Below are positions 34,714 through 43,971 of a stretch of 46,943 nt of DNA, piece after piece. The DNA is taken from contig JAOTSW010000002.1 of NCBI GenBank assembly GCA_029864735.1, forward strand, positions 1 through 46,943, written 5' to 3'. How positions within the stretch are numbered: the first letter of the stretch is position 1; each line of letters begins with the position of its first letter. A program made the translations under genes and the position numbers. Below the pieces are notes generated by a model. The model did not search any database. It worked only from the letters and a program-made list of their open reading frames with translations, and was not told where the DNA came from. This DNA comes from Chromatiales bacterium. GTDB lineage: Bacteria; Pseudomonadota; Gammaproteobacteria; Steroidobacterales; BM003.

Positions 34714-36765
34714 ATGAGCCAATACAAAACTCAGGATATCCGGAATATCGCGCTAATCGGTCACGCCGGCGCGGGCAAGACATTGTTAACGGAAGCTCTG
34801 CTGCATCGATCCGGAACGATTCCTGCCCGCGGTGATTTAAGTCGGGGAACGACCGTATGCGATTTTGATCCCCAGGAACGCGCGATGCAGCATTCCATCA
34901 ACCCGGCCCTGTGCCACTTCGACCACAAGAACCATCGCATCAATATCCTGGACACCCCCGGATACCCGGACCTGCTGGGCCGCTCGATCAGCGTGCTGTC
35001 CGCAGTTGAAACCGCGGTCCTGGTCATAAACAGCCAGGAAGGTATCGAACTGGGAACACGACGCATGATGGAAGCCGCCAAGCGCGGCAAGCTGTGCCGG
35101 ATGATCGTGGTAAACAAGATCGACCAGGGCATAGGAAAAATCAACGAACTGGTGACCGAAATTCAAGAGGTCTTTGGAGCCGAATGCTTACCGCTGAATC
35201 TGCCAACAGAGGGTGGCTCAGCGGTAGAAGATTGCTACTTCAATGATCATGGCAAGCCTACTGCACTGAGCTCGGTTGAAGAAGCTCATCAACAAATGAT
35301 CGACCAGGTTGTAGAGGTAGATGAGTCGCTGATGGAGGACTATCTGGAAAGCGGCGAAGAGCCTTCTCCCGGCCAGCTGCATGACGCCTTTGAACAAGCA
35401 CTCAGAGAAGGACACCTGATTCCAATTTGCTTCACCTCCGCCGAGACAGGCGTGGGCATTACCAAGCTGCTGGAAATATTTTCCCAGCTTGCTCCCAGCC
35501 CCAGCGAGGGAAATCCTCCGGCATTTGTTAAAGGAGAGGGCAGCGACGCCCAGCCGGTGGAGTTATCGACTGATCCGGATGCCCACGCCATCGCGCGGGT
35601 GTTCAAGATCGCGATTGATCCTTACCTTGGGAAACTGGGCATTTTCCGAATCCACCAGGGCACCGTGAAGTCAGGCGGTCAATTGTTCGTCGGCGACCAT
35701 CGCAAGCCCATCAAGGTAGCCCATCTTTACAATGTGCAGGGTAAGGACATGGTGGAAGTTCCCCATGGAATTCCTGGTGATATCTGCGCTATCAACAAGG
35801 TCGACGAGTTGTTCTACGACGCCGTCCTGCACGATTCCCACGACGAGGATAACTACCACCTCAGGTCAATCAAACTCACTCCGCCAATGTTGGGCCTGGC
35901 ATTACTGGCGAAAAACCGGGGTGATGAACAGAAATTGTCCGATGCCCTGCACAAGCTGATTGCGGAAGATCCGTCCCTGAGACTGGAGCACGATGCCTCG
36001 GCAAACGAAACCGTGATGTACGGCATGGGCGACCTGCACTTGAGAATCGTGCTGGAGAAGATGAAAGACCAGATGAATGTGGAGGTGGAGACCAGCCCGC
36101 CGACCGTCCCTTACCGGGAGACCATTACCCGGAAGGCCGAGGGACACCACCGGCACAAGAAGCAAACCGGCGGGGCGGGTCAGTTTGGCGAGGTTTACCT
36201 GTCAATCGAACCTCTTGAGCGAGGAGAAGGATTCGAGTTCCAGAGCAAGGTAGTGGGCGGCACGATTCCCGGGCAGTTCATTCCGGCAGTGGAAAAAGGT
36301 GTCCGCAGCGCCATTGAGGGCGGCGCCATTGCGGGCTTCCCGCTACAAGACATCCGGGTCACGGTACACGATGGCAAACACCACCCTGTGGATTCCAAGG
36401 AAATTGCATTCGTGGCAGCTGGTCGCAAGGCCTTTCTGGACGCAGTTTCCAAGGCCGGACCCATCATCCTGGAACCCATTGTCAACCTGCACATTAACGT
36501 GCCCGCTGACAGCATCGGCGGCGTAACCGGCGACCTTTCAAGCATGCGAGGAAGAATTTCTGACCAACGAATGTTGTCGGGCAACCAGGCCGTCGTGGAA
36601 GGCCAGGCGCCGCTTGCCGAGATGGAAGGTTACTACGCCAAGCTGAAATCTCACAGCGCCGGCGAGGGATCCTACACCATGGATTTCAGCCACTATGAGC
36701 CGGCTCCACATCCCGTGCAAAAAGCCCTGACAGAGAACTTCGTCAGCGGAGGAGACGACGACTAG
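34714..36765 (+). CDS. elongation factor G paralog (EF-G-like translational GTPase)
   Basis: The GTPase motifs are G1 GHAGAGKT, G3 DTPGYPD and G4 NKID. The five-domain length and the domain IV segment HDGKHHPVDSKEIAF also fit. The P-loop context differs from canonical AHIDAGKTT, which suggests a paralog rather than the housekeeping fusA. There is no str-operon context (rpsL/rpsG/tuf). Confidence 0.88.
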   Translation: MSQYKTQDIRNIALIGHAGAGKTLLTEALLHRSGTIPARGDLSRGTTVCDFDPQERAMQHSINPALCHFDHKNHRINILDTPGYPDLLGRSISVLSAVETAVLVINSQEGIELGTRRMMEAAKRGKLCRMIVVNKIDQGIGKINELVTEIQEVFGAECLPLNLPTEGGSAVEDCYFNDHGKPTALSSVEEAHQQMIDQVVEVDESLMEDYLESGEEPSPGQLHDAFEQALREGHLIPICFTSAETGVGITKLLEIFSQLAPSPSEGNPPAFVKGEGSDAQPVELSTDPDAHAIARVFKIAIDPYLGKLGIFRIHQGTVKSGGQLFVGDHRKPIKVAHLYNVQGKDMVEVPHGIPGDICAINKVDELFYDAVLHDSHDEDNYHLRSIKLTPPMLGLALLAKNRGDEQKLSDALHKLIAEDPSLRLEHDASANETVMYGMGDLHLRIVLEKMKDQMNVEVETSPPTVPYRETITRKAEGHHRHKKQTGGAGQFGEVYLSIEPLERGEGFEFQSKVVGGTIPGQFIPAVEKGVRSAIEGGAIAGFPLQDIRVTVHDGKHHPVDSKEIAFVAAGRKAFLDAVSKAGPIILEPIVNLHINVPADSIGGVTGDLSSMRGRISDQRMLSGNQAVVEGQAPLAEMEGYYAKLKSHSAGEGSYTMDFSHYEPAPHPVQKALTENFVSGGDDD

Positions 36766-36781
36766 GCTCCTGCCAATCCTT

Positions 36782-36805
36782 GCCCCGGTCTTCACCGACC
36801 GGGGC
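36782..36805 (+). terminator. stem-loop immediately downstream of the EF-G paralog gene
   Basis: The perfect 9-bp stem is GCCCCGGTC-ttcacc-GACCGGGGC, 17 nt after the stop codon. It is followed by ACTATT, a weak U-tract. Confidence 0.5.
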
Positions 36806-36926
36806 ACTATTGGCCCTGGCAGCCCATTCCCAACCAGTTCGATAGAACAATCCGGTCGCAGCCATTGCCTCGGCCGGTCAGGCATCCTAGCATCGGGGTA
36901 ACCCATTCAGACCAGGTGAGCTTGCT

Positions 36927-37751
36927 ATGTCCGGCGCAACATCTTCCGACGATTTCAGCCCTTGCGGCGTCCTGACATTGACCACCGACGTAGGCCACAA
37001 GGGTCCCTTCATTGGCACAATGAAGGGGCAGATTCTCCGACGACTACCCCAGGCAAACATCGTGGACCTCACTCATGAGTGCTCGGTGCATTGGCCCGCT
37101 GAGGCGGGATTCTGGATCTCCCGTGCCTACCCGTACTTTCCAACAGGAACAGTGCATGTCGCGGTAGTTGATCCCGGGGTTGGAAGTTCCCGGGAGTTAA
37201 TATTGCTACTGCGTGACGGGCATGCGTTCCTTGGCCCGGACAACGGCCTGCTGGAGCCCCTGTGCAACGATCAGGTGCCGTGGAAGGCCTGGCGAATCAA
37301 CCAGCAAAGCGTGGCCCACGTGGGACTGGAGCACGTCAGCGCAACCTTTCATGGGCGGGACCTGTTCGCCCCGCTGGCCGCGGAAATCGCCGCCGGCCGG
37401 TTGTTACCCCGTAATGTGGGCACAGCCACTCGGGAGCTTGTCCCATCAATTCTGGAAGCGCCGGAAAAAATTGGCGCGTCGGTGCACGGGGTGGTGGTGA
37501 CCGTTGATCATTTCGGAAACCTGATCAGCAATATCGACCAGTCGCTTCTCGAGTCTTTTTCCAATCCCGTGGTACGCACCGGAGGACACGAATTTCCCAT
37601 GCTAAAAACCTATGGGCAGGTGACGCCGGGAGAATACCTGGCGCTGGTAAACTCTTTCGGGGTCATCGAGATCGCCTGCGCAGAGCGCAGTGCGGCAGAC
37701 GGCCTGGGACTGGAACGTGGGGCTCCGGTAGTGATCACCGAGGCCGGCTAG
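36927..37751 (+). CDS. SAM hydroxide adenosyltransferase family protein (DUF62; SAM hydrolase / halogenase-like fold)
   Basis: The sequence LTLTTDVGHKGPFIGTMKGQILR...IVDLTHE...VHVAVVDPGVGSSRE...TVDHFGNLISNI shows the DUF62 hallmarks. Confidence 0.85.
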   Translation: MSGATSSDDFSPCGVLTLTTDVGHKGPFIGTMKGQILRRLPQANIVDLTHECSVHWPAEAGFWISRAYPYFPTGTVHVAVVDPGVGSSRELILLLRDGHAFLGPDNGLLEPLCNDQVPWKAWRINQQSVAHVGLEHVSATFHGRDLFAPLAAEIAAGRLLPRNVGTATRELVPSILEAPEKIGASVHGVVVTVDHFGNLISNIDQSLLESFSNPVVRTGGHEFPMLKTYGQVTPGEYLALVNSFGVIEIACAERSAADGLGLERGAPVVITEAG

Positions 37752-37757
37752 AACCAC

Positions 37758-38408
37758 TCAGGAAGCCGGCAGGCCCACAGGACAGCTCACGCCGGTACCA
37801 CCCAGGCCACAGTACCCGGCGGGGTTCTTGGCAAGATATTGCTGGTGATAGTCCTCCGCGTAATACATCACGGGCGCCGATAACACCTCGGTAGTCACGG
37901 GCTGGTAACCGGCTTTGCGCAGAACCAGGTCATAGGCCTGCCGCGAGGCCAGCGCCTCGGCCTGCTGGTCCTCGTCAAAGGTATAAATGCCCGAGCGGTA
38001 CTGGGTACCCACATCGTTGCCCTGGCGCATGCCCTGGGTGGGGTTGTGAGACTCCCAAAATAATTTCAGAAGCTCCTGGTAGCTAATCACCTCCGGATCG
38101 AAAATCACCTGGACCACTTCATTGTGGCCGGTGCCACCGGTGCATACTTCCTGGTAGCTGGGATTAGGGGTATAGCCGCCGGCATATCCCACGGCGGTGC
38201 TATACACCCCTTCGGCCTCCCAGAAACGGCGCTCTGCACCCCAGAAACACCCCATCCCGAACATTGCCTTCCGGAATCCCGGGGGGAACGGACCCTTCAG
38301 GGGGTGTCCATTCACATAATGGCTCTCCGGCACAGTGACCGCCTGATCTCGCCCGGGCAGGGCGGCCTCGGGTTTCGGCATCGTTGTCTTGTCAAATTGG
38401 CCCAGCAT
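37758..38408 (-). CDS. msrA: peptide-methionine (S)-S-oxide reductase
   Basis: The active-site motif is [13 protein letters not shown], and length and layout are MsrA-typical. Confidence 0.95.
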   Translation of the reverse strand: MLGQFDKTTMPKPEAALPGRDQAVTVPESHYVNGHPLKGPFPPGFRKAMFGMGCFWGAERRFWEAEGVYSTAVGYAGGYTPNPSYQEVCTGGTGHNEVVQVIFDPEVISYQELLKLFWESHNPTQGMRQGNDVGTQYRSGIYTFDEDQQAEALASRQAYDLVLRKAGYQPVTTEVLSAPVMYYAEDYHQQYLAKNPAGYCGLGGTGVSCPVGLPAS

Positions 38409-38511
38409 AAAGGTGTAATCCTCTGAAATCCCTGGTCACAATCGACCCGGCATTACAGTGTTGCGGTCAAAGCCCAGAAACTCAAGCCCCACTATTACTT
38501 CAATGTCTGGT

Positions 38512-38517
38512 TATAAT
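38512..38517 (+). promoter_or_regulatory. candidate -10 element (TATAAT) upstream of the SNF transporter gene
   Basis: A perfect TATAAT lies 45 nt upstream of the GTG start, in the divergent msrA/SNF intergenic region. There is no convincing -35 at 17-nt spacing (CCACTA). Confidence 0.3.
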
Positions 38518-38561
38518 CGGGTGCTTCTGCTCACGACGACACAAACATAAGGAGCGCCCCC

Positions 38562-39935
38562 GTGCATACCGGAGACGTTCAGAAAAACTGGTCCTCACGC
38601 ATGGTATTCCTGATGGCTGCCGTCGGTGCTGCCGTCGGCCTGGGGAATATCTGGAAATTTCCCTACACCGCCGGTGTCAGTGGTGGCGGGGCCTTCGTCC
38701 TCGTCTACATGGGCGCCGTACTGGCCATCGCGATTCCTATCGTCATGGCCGAACTGCTCATCGGCCGGCGAGCGCGGCGCAGCCCGATTGAGTCGTTCAA
38801 AAAACTCGCTACCGAGGCTGGCGCGAGCCGGGGCTGGCAAATCACCGCCTGGCTCAACCTGGGTGCCGCTTTCCTGATACTGAGTTTCTACAGCGTAATT
38901 GCCGGCTGGGCCATGGCCTACGTCCCCAAGCTCGCCACGGGCGTGTTCGCGGGTGCTGACGCCAACCTGACCAGCGGCCAGTTCGCAGAACTGCTGTCCT
39001 CCCCGTGGACCCTGATTATCTGGCACAGTGCATTCATGGGGCTCAGCGTGGCCATCGTGGCCCGCGGAGTGCAACATGGCATCGAATCGGCGGTCAAATT
39101 TTTGATGCCCACCCTGTTTATCATGCTGCTGCTGATGGTGTTTTATGCCGCCGTCGCCGGTGACATGGCCGCCGCGGTAAATTTTCTGTTCGCGGTGGAC
39201 TTCAGCAAGATTACCTCGGAAGTCGTGCTCTCGGCCGTGGGCCAGGCATTCTTCTCGGTCAGCGTTTCCATGGGCATCCTGGTTGCTTATGGCGCCTACC
39301 TGCCGGAAACGGTCAACATTCCCAAGGCGGCCGCTATCATCGCGTTCGCCGACACTCTGGTGGCGATACTGGCCGGGCTGGCCATTTTCCCGCTGGTATT
39401 CGGAAACGGTCTGGATCCGGCTGAAGGCCCGGGGCTGATTTTTGTCACCCTGCCCATCGCCTTCGGCAACATGCCCCTGGGCTCGCTGTTCGGCTCGGTC
39501 TTCTTCCTGTTGCTGGTATTTGCCGCGCTCACCTCCTCCATCGCCCTGATGGAGCCAGTGGTAGCCTGGGCCCAGGAGAACCGGCAGGTAAAACGCAGCG
39601 TCACCGCCACTATCATCGGTTTTGCAGCCTGGGGAACGGGCCTGGCAACAGTCTTTTCCTTTAACGTGCTCAAGGATTTTCACCCAATACCCTTCTCACC
39701 ACTGGAAGGGAAAACGATGTTCGACCTGCTGGACTTCACGACCACCAACTTGATGCTGCCGGTGGGCGGCATACTGATCGCGATATTCGCAGGGTGGATC
39801 TTGTCCTCTGAAAGCACCAGGGAAGAACTGGGACTGCCGGACGGGATGATGTTTAGGGCCTGGCAGCTTTTGCTGCGCATCGTCGCCCCCCTGGCCCTGG
39901 CCAAGGTCCTGTGGGACGGACTGGGTATCAGCTAG
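38562..39935 (+). CDS. sodium-dependent transporter, SNF (neurotransmitter:sodium symporter) family
   Basis: The protein contains AAVGAAVGLGNIWKFPY, the NSS signature, and about 11-12 TM segments. The GTG start is preceded by AAGGAG. Confidence 0.92.
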   Translation: MHTGDVQKNWSSRMVFLMAAVGAAVGLGNIWKFPYTAGVSGGGAFVLVYMGAVLAIAIPIVMAELLIGRRARRSPIESFKKLATEAGASRGWQITAWLNLGAAFLILSFYSVIAGWAMAYVPKLATGVFAGADANLTSGQFAELLSSPWTLIIWHSAFMGLSVAIVARGVQHGIESAVKFLMPTLFIMLLLMVFYAAVAGDMAAAVNFLFAVDFSKITSEVVLSAVGQAFFSVSVSMGILVAYGAYLPETVNIPKAAAIIAFADTLVAILAGLAIFPLVFGNGLDPAEGPGLIFVTLPIAFGNMPLGSLFGSVFFLLLVFAALTSSIALMEPVVAWAQENRQVKRSVTATIIGFAAWGTGLATVFSFNVLKDFHPIPFSPLEGKTMFDLLDFTTTNLMLPVGGILIAIFAGWILSSESTREELGLPDGMMFRAWQLLLRIVAPLALAKVLWDGLGIS

Positions 39936-39942
39936 AAGACCG

Positions 39943-41100
39943 CTAGCTGACTGCCCAGTGGCATAGCTGGGCGGTGAGAATCGCCAGGTAGTTGCCCAGC
40001 GCATAACCGATCAGCGCCATGAGTATCGCCACGGGCACCAGGGACTGTCGATGGTAGGCCGCCACCACCGGCGCCGAGGCCGCGCCACCCACATTGGCGG
40101 CCGAAGCAATCGCCGCGCTGTGTACATCGACTTTGAAAATCCATGCCCCGGCCAGGCAAAAAGCCCCGTGGATAAAGATCCAGATGTAGGCGCCCATGAC
40201 AAAAGCCGGTGCCTGGGCAAGGCCCGACAGGCTTGCCCGGGCACCCATGCCCGCCACGAACACATAGACGATGGCTGTTGCCAGGGCTTGGGATCCGGGC
40301 AGTTTGCTGGCGCGGGTTGTCGACAAGAGCAATGCGAAGGTGGTAATCAGGATCACCCGCCAGGTGGCCGTACTCAGCACCGGCTCAACCTCGGGTAGCA
40401 TCGGCGCCAATACGCTGGCCACCCAGGTCACACCAAGCCCCAGCACACCCAGGTAAAGATACTCGCGCATGGCCACAGGCCGCTCTTCCTCGTGAAGTTC
40501 AGCCGCGTTGCGTTCCATGTTCTCCAAGCGATCTGCCGGCACCCTGGCCCAGGCATTGAATTTCTCGGCAAACGCCTTGGATCCCAGGAGTATCGGCAGC
40601 CAGACCACATACACCAGGTTATCCGCCAGGATCGCCAATCCCAGTTGGGAAGGCGGCGTGTCCAGGGCGGCAGCCACCGCCCCCATGTTTCCCGTTCCCC
40701 CGATCCAGCTTCCCGCCAGGGCGCCAAAACCCTTCCAGGCATCCTCCGCCAACCATCCGTGCACTATCACGTAGGAGACCACGCCACCGACCACCACGCC
40801 GACACTGCCCATGAGCATCACCAGCACGCCCCCTCCCATGACCTTCACAGCGGCGGGCACATTGACCGTCAGCAGCATCAACACAATAAACACCGGCAAC
40901 GCCAACTCACTGAGCTGGGAATAGACCGGGGAAGCGCCTGGTAACACTCCCAGGTTGTTCAGAATCATCGGGGTAGCATAGATCCAAAGCAGCGGCGGGA
41001 AGACGGTGAAAATCCGCCAGCCGGTGACCTGCTCCAGTCGAAAATAAAAGGCTGCGATCCCCACCAGGATGGCGAGGACTCCGATATCTGATTCGATCAT
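39943..41100 (-). CDS. DUF819 family integral membrane protein
   Basis: This polytopic membrane protein has an N-terminus (LAILVGIAAFYFRLEQ...FTVFPPLLWIYATPMILNNLGVLP) and an overall layout like DUF819. Confidence 0.75.
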   Translation of the reverse strand: MIESDIGVLAILVGIAAFYFRLEQVTGWRIFTVFPPLLWIYATPMILNNLGVLPGASPVYSQLSELALPVFIVLMLLTVNVPAAVKVMGGGVLVMLMGSVGVVVGGVVSYVIVHGWLAEDAWKGFGALAGSWIGGTGNMGAVAAALDTPPSQLGLAILADNLVYVVWLPILLGSKAFAEKFNAWARVPADRLENMERNAAELHEEERPVAMREYLYLGVLGLGVTWVASVLAPMLPEVEPVLSTATWRVILITTFALLLSTTRASKLPGSQALATAIVYVFVAGMGARASLSGLAQAPAFVMGAYIWIFIHGAFCLAGAWIFKVDVHSAAIASAANVGGAASAPVVAAYHRQSLVPVAILMALIGYALGNYLAILTAQLCHWAVS

Positions 41101-41245
41101 TGCGCTCTCTTTGCTCCGGCAAACTGGCGCCTATTGTTATCGCAGGTATCCGAACGAGGCAAGGCGAATGCCCGGAATCAGCCAAAAACCACCAAAACTG
41201 GCGGCACACTGCGGCCCTCGCCCCCGATCCTGTTCCTGCTGCCGG

Positions 41246-41920
41246 TCAGTCAACCCAGGAGGTAGGCGCGACAGTGTCGAAGTAACACCGGCTGCCATCG
41301 TCCAGCATCACTGAATCGTACTGGTCGACAGGCCCGTCCACCGATGTCATAAACGTGATCCCCTGGGCCTGGGACAGTCCGGCGCAGGGAGGTGCAAAGG
41401 ACAATCGCCAGCCGATTCCGTCATCCTGGTCCAGGAAGATCGTTGAATCGTCCGGCGCGTGCCAACCCGCAAACGGGCCCTCCGGAAGACGTCTTGCAGC
41501 TCTCTTCGACCGCTCGGCGAGGGTGGGCAGCCTGCCCGCCTTGTCCTGAAGCTCCGCGGCACGTTCGTCGGAGACCGGGATGACGTCTATCGACCAGTCC
41601 ACCTCGCCGGCGCTGACCTCGATGCGGAATTTACCCACCTGGTCCACGAGCTTCAAACCGCGGGCCCCACCCTCGGCCTCGTTAATGATGCCAACAATGG
41701 CTCCGGTGCGCGCATCGTGCAGCCTAAACTCGATGAAGGTTACCCTGGGGAATTCCCCCAGTGCCCGCCAGTCAATCAGCCAGGGAGTAGTCACCTCGAA
41801 GACCGGCGTGCGGCCATTACCTGATCCACTGAATTTAAAAGCCTCCGGCTCACCGGCGATCGCCATCCCAAGTGGCATGGCGGCGAGAGCGAGCAGCAAG
41901 ACACGAAGATGTTTACCCAT
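41246..41920 (-). CDS. hypothetical exported protein
   Basis: The ATG at 41920 is preceded by AAGGAG. The signal peptide is MGKHLRVLLLALAAMPLGMAIAGEP. I recognise no family. Confidence 0.6.
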   Translation of the reverse strand: MGKHLRVLLLALAAMPLGMAIAGEPEAFKFSGSGNGRTPVFEVTTPWLIDWRALGEFPRVTFIEFRLHDARTGAIVGIINEAEGGARGLKLVDQVGKFRIEVSAGEVDWSIDVIPVSDERAAELQDKAGRLPTLAERSKRAARRLPEGPFAGWHAPDDSTIFLDQDDGIGWRLSFAPPCAGLSQAQGITFMTSVDGPVDQYDSVMLDDGSRCYFDTVAPTSWVD

Positions 41921-42167
41921 GACGCCACTCCTTGGCTTGATGATTGCCGATCCGCGCCCTGATTCCAGCACACCAAGCAACATTCTTAACAGCGCGCGGC
42001 CATGTTTCATGTTCGATAATTTCCACCTTCATACGCAATCCGGAATATCCGTAGCCACCGTCGCCCCGCGCGATCGTGCTCCCGTGGCGACAATGACGCT
42101 TTGACCCGTAGCCCGCCAAACTGGTGGTATGATTGAGCCTGGGCGCCAGTCCACACAGGAGAGGGAA

Positions 42168-42401
42168 ATGGCGAGAAAGCGTGCTCTTGAGCATTATCGA
42201 AAACATGAGATCGTGGCGGAAGCCACTCCGGGACAGGCGAAATGGACCTATACCCTCTCGGTGCTCAGTCATGACGGCGACAAGTCGACAGTCGTGGCAA
42301 AGGAAACCGTGGACGGATTCGAATCGGACCTGGCGGCTCTGCAAGCGGCCAAGAAAAGGGGTCGCGAGTTGATTGACAAGCGGGCTACCAACGCCGGATA
42401 A
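42168..42401 (+). CDS. small hypothetical protein (77 aa)
   Basis: The ATG at 42168 is preceded by AGGAGAGGG. The composition is hydrophilic and coding-like, and I recognise no family. Confidence 0.5.
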   Translation: MARKRALEHYRKHEIVAEATPGQAKWTYTLSVLSHDGDKSTVVAKETVDGFESDLAALQAAKKRGRELIDKRATNAG

Positions 42402-42520
42402 ACCATAGACAAGCTGTCCATACCTCATCCCGGACGCAGGATTACCGGACAGCCTTGTCACGGAAACGCACCTCTACAGGTTCAAGCAAGACACCCCGGA
42501 GGGGGCCCGAGAAAAACCAT

Positions 42521-43879
42521 ATGGACGCAACCGTCACACCCGAAGGCAGCCTTGAAGTCTTATCTCAACAGGAAGTTCAGCGACTCCGCGACCTGGGCGA
42601 AGGCGGCATGCACGAGCTGTTTCGCCGCTGCTGCCTGGCTGCACTGAACTCGGGCAGCGAAGTCGATGACGCCAAGCTGGTATTCGACCAGTACAGGTCA
42701 TTTGACATCGAACTTATCCAGCAAGACCGCGGGATTCGCCTTAAGGTCACCAACGCCCCGGAAGCGGCGTTCGTGGACGGCCGGATGATCCGCGGCTTGC
42801 GCGAACACCTGTTTTCCGTTTTGCGCGATGTGGTGTATATGCGGACTACCCTGGCAGGCTCGGGCGCGTTTGACCTGGGCAGTTCCGCCGGCATCACCAA
42901 CAGCGTCTTTCACGCCTTGCGTCATGCACGAATCCTGCGCAGCAACGGGGACCCCAACATCGTGGTTTGCTGGGGTGGTCATGCCATCAGCCGCGAAGAA
43001 TACGACTACACGAAGAAAGTGGGATACGAACTGGGATTACGCAGCATGAACATCTGCACCGGATGCGGACCCGGGGCCATGAAGGGCCCGATGAAAGGCG
43101 CCACTATCGCACATGCAAAGCAACGCATTTCCAATGGTCGTTACCTTGGCGTGACCGAACCGGGCATCATTGCTGCCGAGCCACCAAACGCCATCGTCAA
43201 TGAACTAGTGATTCTCCCGGACATTGAAAAACGCCTGGAGGCCTTCGTCAGACTCGGCCACAGTTTCATCGTTTTCCCCGGCGGTGTGGGTACCGCTGAA
43301 GAAATTCTTTACCTACTTGGAATCCTGCTGCACCCGGATAACGCCGGTCTGCCCTTCCCACTGATTTTCAGCGGACCTGCCAGCGCAGCAAACTATTTCG
43401 AGCAAATAGACCGGTTCCTGAAGAACATGCTGGGCGAACAAATCAGTGAGCGCTACGAAATTGTGATCGACGATGCCGCCCGCGCTGCCAGGTTAGCCAG
43501 CGAAGGTACCCAAATCGTCAAGAGTTACCGGGAAAAGCGCAGTGACGCGTACTTTTTCAACTGGATGCTGAATGTGGACCAGGATTTCCAGCAGCCTTTC
43601 GAAGTCTCTCATCAATCCATGCGTGACCTCTCCCTGCACCAGGATCAGCCCTCCCATGTGCTGGCCTGCAACCTGCGCAAGGCTTTCTCGGGTATTGTTA
43701 CCGGGAATGTAAAGGAACATGGCATTCGAATGATTGAAGAGCATGGGCCATTTGAAATCGTCGGCACACCCGAGGTTGCTGGGATGCTCTCAGGACTGCT
43801 CAAGGCATTCGTAGCGCAAAAACGTATGCGTCTGCCAACCACGGAATACAAGCCCTGCTTCTCGGTGGTAAGCCGATGA
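42521..43879 (+). CDS. ppnN: pyrimidine/purine nucleotide 5'-monophosphate nucleosidase PpnN (YgdH/LOG-family)
   Basis: The N-terminus GSLEVLSQQEVQRL...LFRRCCLAALNSGS...FDIELIQQDRGIRLKVTNAPEAAFVDGRMIRGLREHLFSVLRD parallels E. coli YgdH/PpnN as I recall it. The LOG-type core includes GGPGAMKGP-like (GCGPGAMKGPMKG) and FPGGVGTAEE. Confidence 0.88.
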   Translation: MDATVTPEGSLEVLSQQEVQRLRDLGEGGMHELFRRCCLAALNSGSEVDDAKLVFDQYRSFDIELIQQDRGIRLKVTNAPEAAFVDGRMIRGLREHLFSVLRDVVYMRTTLAGSGAFDLGSSAGITNSVFHALRHARILRSNGDPNIVVCWGGHAISREEYDYTKKVGYELGLRSMNICTGCGPGAMKGPMKGATIAHAKQRISNGRYLGVTEPGIIAAEPPNAIVNELVILPDIEKRLEAFVRLGHSFIVFPGGVGTAEEILYLLGILLHPDNAGLPFPLIFSGPASAANYFEQIDRFLKNMLGEQISERYEIVIDDAARAARLASEGTQIVKSYREKRSDAYFFNWMLNVDQDFQQPFEVSHQSMRDLSLHQDQPSHVLACNLRKAFSGIVTGNVKEHGIRMIEEHGPFEIVGTPEVAGMLSGLLKAFVAQKRMRLPTTEYKPCFSVVSR

Positions 43880-43971
43880 TACGGGAGCCCGCAACGGCCA
43901 ACTGACACATAACGGCGCAATCGGGGCGACAGGGACCGCCAATGGTTGCCCGGAGCATTTCAACGGAGACA

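Noticed and set aside
38595-39683. A 362-aa ORF lies antisense to the SNF transporter gene.
   Set aside because: Its product is extremely rich in Gly, Arg, Asp and Gln with low complexity, while the sense strand has the NSS signature and TM pattern. It is a shadow ORF.
42312-42330. The sequence GGATTCGAATCGG resembles a tRNA T-loop (GTTCGAATC).
   Set aside because: The flanks cannot form a T-stem (ACGGA versus CGGAC are not complementary). No acceptor or anticodon arms can be drawn, and the site lies inside a coding-like ORF.
41913-42461. A 182-aa minus-strand ORF covers the 41921-42167 intergenic region and the 77-aa gene.
   Set aside because: It overlaps the RBS-supported starts of the exported protein, the 77-aa ORF and the ppnN upstream region. 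It has no RBS or family resemblance.
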